Of a DNA stretch of 64,000 nt, positions 30,088-38,958 are shown piece by piece. A program made the translations under genes and the position numbers. The notes beneath the pieces were generated by a model. The model did no database searches and was not told where the DNA came from. It saw nothing but the letters and a program-made list of their open reading frames with translations. Position 1 is the stretch's first letter; the number at the start of each line of letters is the position of its first letter. The stretch is from sequence record SRR31156797_4018, one strand, 5' to 3'.

Positions 30088-30092
30088 AGTAA

Positions 30093-30524
30093 TTACAGAT
30101 TCTTAACAGGTTCTATTTTAGATTTAATAAGCTCTCTCAGCTTATCACCTTGTTCACGACCATACATAAACGCTTCTGGTGTAATATCAATTCTCTGATC
30201 GCCTCTTTGAATAATTAAGGCTGAATTACTCACGCCCAATTCTTCGGCTTTCTTTTTGCCATCTTCTTCCTCAAGATTAAGTGAAGTGAAATTTATAGAT
30301 CCATTATAAAAATCTTTAATAGCTTTAGATGAAACACCTTCAACAGCTAAGCAAGTTTCGCAGCGACGAGTTGAATGAAAATAATACACAGCAACTTTGC
30401 TGGCATCTATTGGAGCTTGTTCAACTGATTCTTTATCGGCTTTTTTATCTGAAGTATTAGTATTGCCACAAGCCATAAAAAATGCCATTAAAGCAATGAT
30501 AATAAGACTATTTACAATTTTCAT
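30093..30524 (-). CDS. Thioredoxin-fold lipoprotein (ArsF-like)
   Basis: Lipobox FMAC; YYFHSTRRCETC. Confidence 0.78.
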   Translation of the reverse strand: MKIVNSLIIIALMAFFMACGNTNTSDKKADKESVEQAPIDASKVAVYYFHSTRRCETCLAVEGVSSKAIKDFYNGSINFTSLNLEEEDGKKKAEELGVSNSALIIQRGDQRIDITPEAFMYGREQGDKLRELIKSKIEPVKNL

Positions 30525-30526
30525 AA

Positions 30527-30766
30527 TTATTGATTTTGAGTGATTATTTTTTTCATTTCTTCCATAGATGGCGCTTTACCAGCTACTACAATTTTATTAT
30601 CAATTATAATTGCTGGAGTGCGGGAAACTCCATAACTCATAATATCCATAATGTCTTCAACTTTTATAACATCAGCATCAACTCCAAGCTCTGCAACTGC
30701 ATCGCGTGTGTTTTGCTCTAATGTTTTACATTTAGCACAACCTGTTCCTAGTACTTTAATTTCCAT
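30527..30766 (-). CDS. Small redox-active disulfide protein (thioredoxin family)
   Basis: MEIKVLGTGCAKC; YGVSRTPA. Confidence 0.9.
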   Translation of the reverse strand: MEIKVLGTGCAKCKTLEQNTRDAVAELGVDADVIKVEDIMDIMSYGVSRTPAIIIDNKIVVAGKAPSMEEMKKIITQNQ

Positions 30767-30794
30767 GATGATAAATATTTAATTAATTTCGTAT

Positions 30795-30811
30795 TTCGCA
30801 AAACTACGAAC
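30795..30811 (-). promoter_or_regulatory. ArsR-type operator palindrome overlapping an internal -7 promoter
   Basis: TTCGCAAAACTACGAAC, near-identical to 31140-56; minus strand contains TAGTTTTG. Confidence 0.7.
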
Positions 30812-30829
30812 ATCAAATGCAAAAAAATA

Positions 30830-31138
30830 TTACAATCCTAAATGCTTCTTAAACAAGCGCTGAGCTTCTTCCCAATTTTCTCGATTGACACAATATTTAA
30901 TCTTAGGAGCTTCCGTTTGCCCCTGAATTAGCCCAGCATCCTTAAGCTCTTTCAAATGTTGTGACAAAGTTGATTTAGCTATAGGCAGTACTTCTGTGAG
31001 ATCTCCACTATAACAGCAACTTTGATTGGCTAATAATTCCAACACATATGCTCTTACCGGATGTCCCATTGCTTTGGCATAACGAGCAAGTTTTTTTTGC
31101 TCATCTGTAATAGGATCTGCTTGCATTTTAAGTTTCAT
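30830..31138 (-). CDS. arsR: ArsR/SmtB-family repressor (alternative start 31126)
   Basis: AKAMGHPVR, CCYSGDL, STLSQHLKELKDAGLI. Confidence 0.92.
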   Translation of the reverse strand: MKLKMQADPITDEQKKLARYAKAMGHPVRAYVLELLANQSCCYSGDLTEVLPIAKSTLSQHLKELKDAGLIQGQTEAPKIKYCVNRENWEEAQRLFKKHLGL

Positions 31139-31156
31139 GTTCGCAAAATTACGAAC
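31139..31156 (-). promoter_or_regulatory. ArsR-type operator palindrome overlapping the arsR -7 promoter
   Basis: GTTCG-CAAAATTA-CGAAC; minus strand contains TAATTTTG 5 nt before the ATG. Confidence 0.75.
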
Positions 31157-31190
31157 AATATTTTAGTTTCAAAACTTTTTTGATTTTATT

Positions 31191-31751
31191 TCAATAAGTC
31201 GATAGATTAAAAATATAGGTATCTCGTGAACTACTACCTGCAGCCAACAGAAACCAATTTCCTGTATTCACATATTTATATTCAATTGCGATTCGATCAT
31301 CCTCCTGCAATCCAATTCGAATACGTCTAATATTTACATTACTATAAATTATAGGAATAATTGGAGGAATTTCAATTCGTTTCTTCTCATGATAAATTTC
31401 AAATATTCCACTTTTTAAAAGACTACCCTCAAAACGATGCTTAACAATTTTATTTGCATTTATGGAAGCACTATCGAAATATTCTATGATGAGTGAAGAC
31501 TTAGATTCAATATTAAGCGTACACAATTTTACATCAGGAGTGTTATATTTAAAAAATCCTAAAAAGGTTATTTCTATTTTAGCATCTTCATCATCCATCA
31601 TATTCTTTACAACTAGCTTATCGCCCACTGAAAAAGGCTTCACTGAATTATGGTGTATCTTCTTTAATGGAAAACAAGAAGAAACAATTACGATAAGCAA
31701 AAGTAAATAAGAACTCAGCTTCATATGTAACTTACTTATAATTAACAACAA
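31191..31751 (-). CDS. Hypothetical lipoprotein (true start probably the internal MKLSSYL)
   Basis: Lipobox-like VSSC; no recognisable domain. Confidence 0.55.
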   Translation of the reverse strand: MLLIISKLHMKLSSYLLLLIVIVSSCFPLKKIHHNSVKPFSVGDKLVVKNMMDDEDAKIEITFLGFFKYNTPDVKLCTLNIESKSSLIIEYFDSASINANKIVKHRFEGSLLKSGIFEIYHEKKRIEIPPIIPIIYSNVNIRRIRIGLQEDDRIAIEYKYVNTGNWFLLAAGSSSRDTYIFNLSTY

Positions 31752-31868
31752 AACACCTGTTAATCATTTCAAAATCAAATGAAAACAAGATGTTAAAGAT
31801 TGAGTTTTTAAACTAAATTATAAAAATATACTACATATTTGCTCCTGAATTTTAAAAACCCTTTTACT

Positions 31869-32240
31869 ATGAGAAAATTAATTGTAATCTTATCGATCGT
31901 AGGATTTGCTTTTTTGGCAAGTTCTTGTGGTGTTAACTATGCGTATGTAGTTAATCACAACCAAAATGCAACCACAGTAGAATTAGCTGAGAAAAACTTC
32001 AATGTTGTTGAAAGAGTATCTGGCAGTGCAGATGTGAGCTACGTATTTATGATCGGTGGACATAAAAAGAAGCAAACATATGCCAATGCTTATGCAAAAA
32101 TGCTTGAAGCAGCTAAACTTGAAGGTAGCTCAAAGGCTGTTATTAATGTAGTTACTGAAGAGCATTTCGGTGGTTTCCCACCATTTTTTGTAAAAAGAAC
32201 CATTACCGTTAGCGGGCATGTTGTAGAATTTACGAAGTAA
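31869..32240 (+). CDS. DUF6567-like lipoprotein
   Basis: Lipobox ASSC; TTVELAEKNF, YVFMIGG, VSGHVVEF. Confidence 0.7.
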   Translation: MRKLIVILSIVGFAFLASSCGVNYAYVVNHNQNATTVELAEKNFNVVERVSGSADVSYVFMIGGHKKKQTYANAYAKMLEAAKLEGSSKAVINVVTEEHFGGFPPFFVKRTITVSGHVVEFTK

Positions 32241-32261
32241 CTTTTTTCTAAATAATAGATT

Positions 32262-32295
32262 GGCGTGTTTTCTATGAAAGCACGCCTTCTTTTTT
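32262..32295 (+). terminator. Terminator between convergent genes
   Basis: GGCGTGTTTT / AAAGCACGCC stem followed by TTCTTTTTT. Confidence 0.65.
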
Positions 32296-34341
32296 CAACC
32301 ATTTTTTTGTATTGGCTTTTTTAGTATCAAAGTTTTCAATCATTTGATCGAAATACAGATTAAATTCCGGATCTTTCTTTATTAAATCCAATAACGGATC
32401 ATCTTTTAAAAACAAAACCGTCCAATAATGGAAACTATCTTCGGATGAGAAATTCTTAAAATGGCTCAATGCTTTCTTAATGTCCTTTTTATGAATCCAA
32501 TAGATTGCAGTATGAATCTCTTTATAAATTGATTCATCACCATCCATCATTAATTTAAAATCAGCCCACAAACTATCTGCTATTTCTAGTTCCCCAACTT
32601 GTTCAAAAGTGTGTGCTATTTTAGCATTTTCATGACGAAATACGGCTAGATTATATTTCTTCTTAAGCTTTAAATAATTATTGTAATGGAAATATGCACT
32701 GTCAAATTCACGTAAATAATAAAAGCTTTTAGCAAATTCCTGCATAACATCCAGTCGATATGGGTCAATTCTAAGTATTCTCCTTAACTCTGTGTTCAGC
32801 CTTTTAAAATTTTTATCCTTTGCCACTTGAATATATGCCTTCACATACATCGAGAAAATATTATTCTTATCAAAGCTCAAAGAAGTTTCAATATGCTTCT
32901 CGGCCTCATCAATAAAACCGTTCTGAATAAATGCATTAGAAATGTGTAAATATGAGATACTTATTGATGCTGAATCTTTTGATCCAATATCTATTTGTAA
33001 AGCTTTTAAAGCATATTTTAAGTATTCTAATGTATTAGGATTATAATTCACATAGTAATCAGACAACTGATTAACAACCATGATAGAATTGGGATTATAT
33101 TTTAATGCTTTTTTCAAATAAGGAACTGCCAAATCATATTTTCCTACATTCATATAATAATGGGCCTTTGCAATGAGGGTTTGAGCTAGCTCATTGTCAA
33201 ACAACATGGCTTTATCTGCATAATAATTAATTGAATCGGAATACTGTTTTTGCATTTGATAAATATCCAGGTAATAATATGAAATAGCCACGGCAGCATA
33301 TGCTCTGGCAAATGAAGTATCAAGTGCTATGGCTTTTCGCAATAAAGGCAATGCATTGTATAGTCCCTCAGCACTATATTTATTCATTTCAACCATAGCT
33401 TTCAAAAAAAAGTCATACGCTTCTACATTGGAGCTTGGCTTTTTCTCTATGCGAGCCTTCTCGTCAGGTGTAACAATTACCTGCACATGTGAAGCAATGT
33501 TTTTAGCTACCTCAATTTGCAAATCAAAAATATCAGCAACTTCTTTTCTATATTGTGACGACCAAATGCGCTTATCTGTTGTTCCATCAACCAGGTGTAC
33601 ATTTAACAAAAGCTGATTTCCTATTTTTTGACCACTTCCCTCCACAAAATAACGAACATTCAATTCTTGTCCAATTTCTGAAATAGACTTATTTGTATTC
33701 CGATATTTCTCAACTGACCTTCTGCTAACCACTTTCAAATCACTAATTTTCTGTAAGTTCCCTAACACCGCTTCCATGAGTCCGTTTACAAAGTATAAGT
33801 TTGCAGAATCATTGCTATCGTTTATAAACGGTAAAACTGCAATGGACTTTCCTGGTAATTCAATTTGGGTATCACTTTGAGATTGCTGTACTAAAACATA
33901 TATCAAAACACTTATAATCATCAGTACTAACATATAAAACCTCAATCTTTTCATACCCCTTTTCACAGGTGGCTTTTCAACATTTTCCTTTGATAATTCT
34001 ACAGGCTGATTACCCATCTCACCCGGAGGGAAACCATACTGCTCCCTAAAGCACTTGATAAAATATGAAGTACTATTAAATCCTACTCTGTAAGAAATTT
34101 CTGAAATAGTTAGTTCGCCCTCTTTAACCAGTCCCATTCCTTTCTCAAGCCTAATTTTTCTGATAAACTGACTGGCAGAATCATTAGTGATTTTCTTAAT
34201 CTTTCGAAGTAGATTGGAACGACTCATCCCAGCTTTATCAGCTAACTCTGAAACACCAAATTGCTCATTTTCTATATTTCCCTCTACTATTGAAGTAAGA
34301 TCTGCAATAAATTTCTGATCCTTTGGGGCTAGTTCATTCAT
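32272..34341 (-). CDS. Membrane-anchored AraC-family regulator: N-terminal HTH, TM helix, TolB-N-like domain and TPRs
   Basis: GMSRSNLLRKIK...ISEISYRVGFNSTSYFIKCFREQYG; one TM; KSIAVLPF; TPR helices; ATG 34341 preferred over GTG 34368. Confidence 0.88.
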   Translation of the reverse strand: MNELAPKDQKFIADLTSIVEGNIENEQFGVSELADKAGMSRSNLLRKIKKITNDSASQFIRKIRLEKGMGLVKEGELTISEISYRVGFNSTSYFIKCFREQYGFPPGEMGNQPVELSKENVEKPPVKRGMKRLRFYMLVLMIISVLIYVLVQQSQSDTQIELPGKSIAVLPFINDSNDSANLYFVNGLMEAVLGNLQKISDLKVVSRRSVEKYRNTNKSISEIGQELNVRYFVEGSGQKIGNQLLLNVHLVDGTTDKRIWSSQYRKEVADIFDLQIEVAKNIASHVQVIVTPDEKARIEKKPSSNVEAYDFFLKAMVEMNKYSAEGLYNALPLLRKAIALDTSFARAYAAVAISYYYLDIYQMQKQYSDSINYYADKAMLFDNELAQTLIAKAHYYMNVGKYDLAVPYLKKALKYNPNSIMVVNQLSDYYVNYNPNTLEYLKYALKALQIDIGSKDSASISISYLHISNAFIQNGFIDEAEKHIETSLSFDKNNIFSMYVKAYIQVAKDKNFKRLNTELRRILRIDPYRLDVMQEFAKSFYYLREFDSAYFHYNNYLKLKKKYNLAVFRHENAKIAHTFEQVGELEIADSLWADFKLMMDGDESIYKEIHTAIYWIHKKDIKKALSHFKNFSSEDSFHYWTVLFLKDDPLLDLIKKDPEFNLYFDQMIENFDTKKANTKKWLKKEGVLS

Positions 34342-34429
34342 AGTAATGCAAGTTAGTGAAATTACCAATAAAAGGTCTTGAATTATTATTTAGATTTTAT
34401 TCATTTTTCAAGACTTCAAAATCACCACT

Positions 34430-34465
34430 TGCATCATAAATTACATGGCTGCATCATATTTTACA
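34430..34465 (+). promoter_or_regulatory. Tandem 16-bp direct repeats, candidate AraC-type binding site
   Basis: TGCATCATAAATTACA (34430-45) and TGCATCATATTTTACA (34450-65), 20-bp period. Confidence 0.55.
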
Positions 34466-34650
34466 CACACGCTCAATACTTGATATATAAAGGCTCGCAG
34501 TTTATTGACTATGCGCCATTAAAAATCCCAATTTTACATCAGAAACATTTTATGCTCTTTGTAATAAAACATTGACAACTGCGTTTCACTCACATTTTTC
34601 TTATCAAAGACTTAAAAAAAGAATTTTTATAAACTTTAAAATTTAATATT

Positions 34651-35241
34651 ATGAAATCAATTAAACTATTCGTAAAAAAATCAGCAGCCGTATTATTCGC
34701 GACCACAATAATTATAGGATGCAACACCAACGAAGCAAAAGAAAACACTACTCAATCGAATTCAGAAGTATCAGTTGAAGCTCCTAAAATGCCAATTCAC
34801 ACTGCCGCGTACCTTGGAGATGTTAAAGTAATTAATGCGCACATCGCAGCTGGAACTGACCTCAACAAAAAAGACGAGTATGGCTCAACACCTCTTACAG
34901 TTTCCATAACTTTTGGGAAAACTTATGCTGCTTTAGCTTTAATTAAAGGTGGCGCAGACTTATCAGTAAAAAACAACGATGGTTCAACACCTTTGCATAC
35001 TGCAGCATTTTTCTGCAGAAAAGAAATTGTAGAAGCACTATTAAAAAAAGGAGCTAATCCTGACTTAGTAAATAATTATGGTGCAACCCCATTACTTTCT
35101 GTTTCTGGAAAATTCTCAGATGTATTGCCCATATATGCTGACTTAAATAAGAATCTCGGACCGTTAGGACTAAAACTCGATTATAAAAGATTAGAAAAAA
35201 TGAGACCCATTATTGCTGACTTATTAAGAGCAGCAGAATAA
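34651..35241 (+). CDS. Ankyrin-repeat lipoprotein
   Basis: Lipobox IIGC; GSTPL, GSTPLHTAA, GATPL repeats. Confidence 0.88.
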   Translation: MKSIKLFVKKSAAVLFATTIIIGCNTNEAKENTTQSNSEVSVEAPKMPIHTAAYLGDVKVINAHIAAGTDLNKKDEYGSTPLTVSITFGKTYAALALIKGGADLSVKNNDGSTPLHTAAFFCRKEIVEALLKKGANPDLVNNYGATPLLSVSGKFSDVLPIYADLNKNLGPLGLKLDYKRLEKMRPIIADLLRAAE

Positions 35242-35264
35242 TCCAAATACCCTTAAAACCCTTT

Positions 35265-35380
35265 CGTCATTGCGATCTCGTTACAATCAGGAGAAGAAAT
35301 CTTCGACCTATTAATTTTAGCAGATTGCTTCGGCGTTTCCGCCTTCGCTGCGCTCTGGCGATAAACACCTCGCAATGACG
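35265..35380. repeat. REP/MITE-like palindromic element
   Basis: Terminal IR CGTCATTGCGA / TCGCAATGACG; inner GAAGAAATCT / AGATTGCTTC; GC-rich relative to flanks. Confidence 0.75.
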
Positions 35381-35417
35381 GAATAATTAAATTCCAGACA
35401 ACCAACAAATTAAAACT

Positions 35418-36512
35418 ATGAAAACTTACAATAGAAGATACGATATAGACTGGTTAAGAGTAATCGCCATTGGTTTCTTAATCATTTACCATGTAGCCAT
35501 TATTTTCCAACCCTGGGCTGTTTTAATTCAGTTCATCCAAAGCCAGGATTCATTACCAAAATTATGGATTCCAATGTCGATGCTCAACGTTTGGCGCATT
35601 CCAATTTTATTTTTTGTATCGGGTATGGGTGTTGCTTTTTCCATGCGTAAAAGAAATACTATTCAATTATTAAAAGAGCGCTCTCTTCGCATTCTTTTAC
35701 CATTTATAATTGGAATATTAATTATAGTACCTGTTCATGTTTTCTTATGGCAAAGTTATTATAGTCAAGATCTTACCTATTCATTTACAAGAGGACATTT
35801 ATGGTTTTTGGGAAATATATTCGTGTATGTGATTTTATTAGTTTCAGCGAAACAATTTTTTACTTCTGGGAAAGTTAAACGTATTATAAGCCGACTCCAC
35901 AAAACAAGGTTTGGCCTATTGACATTACCTGTTTTAATACTTTCTGAAACAATAATTGTTAATCCCGAGTCATTTGAGCTGTATGCAATGACATGGCATG
36001 GATTCTTTCTTGGGTATATCGCATTTCTTTATGGATTTCTAATTACAAATTCAAAATCCAATTTCTTACAAATCGTTAAAAAAGATAAATATTGGACCTT
36101 ATTGGTTGCATCAATACTTTTTATGGTAAGACTATTTGTATTTGACCTTGAAACACCAGCATTACTAAAAGGAATCGAATCAGGATTTTGGATACTTACA
36201 GTCACTGGTTTTAGTGCAAGTTTCTTTAACAAATCAAATAAAGCTCTTAAATACCTTAGCCAGGCTGCATATCCTGTTTACATACTACACATGATTTTTA
36301 TGTTTTTGGGAGCAACAATCATTTTACCTATGCCTATTGGAACTTTTGCCAAGTTTTTAATGATTACTTCATTCACATTTGGAGGTAGTATATTAAGCTT
36401 TGAAATTATAAGAAGAGTGTCATTTTTAAGACCACTTTTTGGACTTAAAATGAAAAACAAAATTACTTTTCAGCCTGATAAATCGTTGGAAATGAAACCT
36501 TGTAATACATGA
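35418..36512 (+). CDS. Acyltransferase-3 (OpgC/MdoC-like) membrane acyltransferase
   Basis: RRYDIDWLRV, FFVSG, HLWFL, YPVYILH. Confidence 0.9.
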   Translation: MKTYNRRYDIDWLRVIAIGFLIIYHVAIIFQPWAVLIQFIQSQDSLPKLWIPMSMLNVWRIPILFFVSGMGVAFSMRKRNTIQLLKERSLRILLPFIIGILIIVPVHVFLWQSYYSQDLTYSFTRGHLWFLGNIFVYVILLVSAKQFFTSGKVKRIISRLHKTRFGLLTLPVLILSETIIVNPESFELYAMTWHGFFLGYIAFLYGFLITNSKSNFLQIVKKDKYWTLLVASILFMVRLFVFDLETPALLKGIESGFWILTVTGFSASFFNKSNKALKYLSQAAYPVYILHMIFMFLGATIILPMPIGTFAKFLMITSFTFGGSILSFEIIRRVSFLRPLFGLKMKNKITFQPDKSLEMKPCNT

Positions 36513-37080
36513 TTAAAATACGTGCAACAATCATTAGCAAAATAGGAATGATCTGTACAAGTATATTGGGAACATCTAATTGAACAAGACCCCAATAAAT
36601 GATTCCTCCGGCTATACTAACTGTAGCATAAATCTCTTTTTTGAATATCACAGGAACTTCATTTACAAGTATGTCACGCAATACGCCACCAAAAGCACCT
36701 GTGAGTGTTCCCATAATGATACAATTGATGAATGATAATTCGAAATCAATACCAATTTGTACGCCCATAATAGTATATAAGGCTAGCCCGATGGCATCAA
36801 AAAACAAAAGCGTCTTATGGAAATAGGCCAATCTCTTTCTAAAAATAATAGCGATTACTGCACCAGCAATTATAAAATAAATGTAAGAAACCTCTGTTAA
36901 CCAAAATACTGTGCGGTCTTCGAGCAATACATCACGTAAAGTACCACCACCCACAGCCGTTACAAAAGCAATAATCAGCACGCCAAAAGGGTCAAACTTC
37001 TGAGCCATTGCTTTCAATGCACCTGACATAGCCAATGCGAGCGCACCCCCAACTCCTATATAGTTGATAATTTCTTCCAT
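36463..37080 (-). CDS. TRIC/UPF0126-family membrane protein
   Basis: Duplicated TAVGGGTLRD / TGAFGGVLRD; DAIGL. Confidence 0.9.
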   Translation of the reverse strand: MEEIINYIGVGGALALAMSGALKAMAQKFDPFGVLIIAFVTAVGGGTLRDVLLEDRTVFWLTEVSYIYFIIAGAVIAIIFRKRLAYFHKTLLFFDAIGLALYTIMGVQIGIDFELSFINCIIMGTLTGAFGGVLRDILVNEVPVIFKKEIYATVSIAGGIIYWGLVQLDVPNILVQIIPILLMIVARILIMYYKVSFPTIYQAEK

Positions 37081-37217
37081 TTGATTAAATCAAAATACTC
37101 GAAATGGTTATCAATATTTGTGCCTATTATAACTGCGTAAAACTACTAATCAAAAATCTAACAATCAGAAATAACACTATAAATAAAAATTATATTCGTC
37201 TGTGCTAAATTGAAATT

Positions 37218-37242
37218 GAGACGAACGGCCGTTCGTCTCTAC
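37218..37242 (-). repeat. GTAG-type REP element
   Basis: Perfect 22-bp palindrome GAGACGAACGGCCGTTCGTCTC followed by TAC, reading GTAG on the minus strand. Confidence 0.75.
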
Positions 37243-37277
37243 GGAGCGTTTTCAAATTATGCTGGTAATAAATATTT

Positions 37278-37312
37278 GACTCTGTACTCCAGACTCTATA
37301 CTCAAAACTGTC
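37278..37312 (-). repeat. Degenerate heptamer array abutting the comM stop
   Basis: GACTCTG TACTCCA GACTCTA TACTCAA AACTGTC. Confidence 0.6.
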
Positions 37313-38848
37313 CTACCCTGCCCAATTCTCCCGATCCAACGTCCTGTATGTAATAGCTTCAGCCAAATGATGCGTTAGCACTTTTTCACTCGTCTCTAAA
37401 TCGGCTATGGTACGAGAAACTTTTAGAATGCGATCATAGGCTCGGGCACTCAAACCTAATTTGTCTGTTGCTGTTTTAAGAATTTGCTTTCCTCCTTCAT
37501 CAATTTCCACATGTCGGCGAAGTAAACGTGAAGACATTTGTGCATTGGCATGAATATCTGTTCCCTCGAAACGTTTTTGCTGGATTTCGCGCGCTTTTAT
37601 AACACGTTCTCTAATTTTTTGAGATGTTTCTCCCGGTGGTTGACTGGCCAAATCATCGAATGGTACAGGCGTAATTTCAATATGGATGTCAATTCTATCC
37701 AAAAGAGGCCCACTGATTTTATTTAAGTAACGCTGACGAACAGGAACAGGACATACACAATCTTTTGTAGGATGATTAAAATAACCACAAGGACATGGAT
37801 TCATAGATGAAACCAACATAAAACTTGCCGGATAATCAACTGTGAACTTTGCCCGGGAAATATTGATTTTTCTATCTTCCAAAGGCTGGCGAAGCACCTC
37901 TAAAACAGAGCGTTGAAATTCAGGCAATTCATCTAAAAACAACACCCCATTATGAGCTAAAGAGATTTCACCAGGTTGAGGATAAGCCCCGCCCCCGACA
38001 AGTGCAACGTCAGAAATTGTATGATGCGGACTACGATAAGGCCTATGGGTCATTAGTGAAGTCTCTTTATCGAGTTTACCAACCACCGAATGAATTTTAG
38101 TAGTTTCCAATGCTTCGTGCAAAGTCAATGGAGGTAAAATAGCAGGCAAACGCTTTGCCATCATAGTTTTTCCTGCTCCGGGAGGTCCTACCATAATTAC
38201 ATTATGACCACCAGCAGCTGCAATTTCCAGTGCACGCTTTACTTTTTCCTGACCTTTCACATCTGAAAAATCCATATCGTTTAGCTCAACAGCGCTGTAG
38301 AATTCAGCGCGTGTATCAACTTCTGTGGGTTCCATATTTCTATTACCATTAAAGAAATCAATAACTTCCCGAATATGGGACACACCATACACATCCAGAT
38401 TATTCACTACAGCACCTTCACGGGCATTGGATTTGGGAACTATCAATCCTTTGAATCCTTCTTTTCTGGCTTGAATGGCAATCGGCAATGTACCTTTGAT
38501 TGGCATAATAGAACCATCTAATGATAATTCGCCCATTATCACATATTCCCCCACATCGGCACCTTCAATTTGCTCATCAGCAGCTAATATTCCAATTGCT
38601 AAAGGCAAATCATAGGCTGATCCTTCTTTACGAATATCGGCCGGAGCCATATTAATGACCAATTTGCGGCCTGGCATTTTAAAATTATTGTTTCTGAGTG
38701 CGGAATCAATGCGTTGCTGACTCTCTTTTACTGCGCTGTCGGGTAATCCTACTAAACTGAATGTATAGCCTTGCGAGATACTAACCTCAATAGTTATAGT
38801 AGTGGCTTCAATACCAAATACAGCTGATCCGTACGTTTTTACTAACAT
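37313..38848 (-). CDS. comM: ComM/YifB Mg-chelatase-like AAA+ ATPase
   Basis: VGLPD, GSAYDLP, GPPGAGKT, PGEISLAHNGVLFLDE, NPCPCG, ISGPLLDRID; TATATTTG -7 element at 38868-75. Confidence 0.93.
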   Translation of the reverse strand: MLVKTYGSAVFGIEATTITIEVSISQGYTFSLVGLPDSAVKESQQRIDSALRNNNFKMPGRKLVINMAPADIRKEGSAYDLPLAIGILAADEQIEGADVGEYVIMGELSLDGSIMPIKGTLPIAIQARKEGFKGLIVPKSNAREGAVVNNLDVYGVSHIREVIDFFNGNRNMEPTEVDTRAEFYSAVELNDMDFSDVKGQEKVKRALEIAAAGGHNVIMVGPPGAGKTMMAKRLPAILPPLTLHEALETTKIHSVVGKLDKETSLMTHRPYRSPHHTISDVALVGGGAYPQPGEISLAHNGVLFLDELPEFQRSVLEVLRQPLEDRKINISRAKFTVDYPASFMLVSSMNPCPCGYFNHPTKDCVCPVPVRQRYLNKISGPLLDRIDIHIEITPVPFDDLASQPPGETSQKIRERVIKAREIQQKRFEGTDIHANAQMSSRLLRRHVEIDEGGKQILKTATDKLGLSARAYDRILKVSRTIADLETSEKVLTHHLAEAITYRTLDRENWAG

Positions 38849-38958
38849 GACTTGTCTTGATTTTGCACAAATATAAAAATGAAAAACTTAATTTGATGAA
38901 TCTTTCAGTTAAATTAAAAATACATTATGTAAATTTACCTAAAGTAAGATCAGTAAGC

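Noticed and set aside
34378-34575. 65-aa His-containing ORF as a second metal-sensing leader
   Set aside because: TTG start, lies over the divergent promoter repeats, no arrest motif
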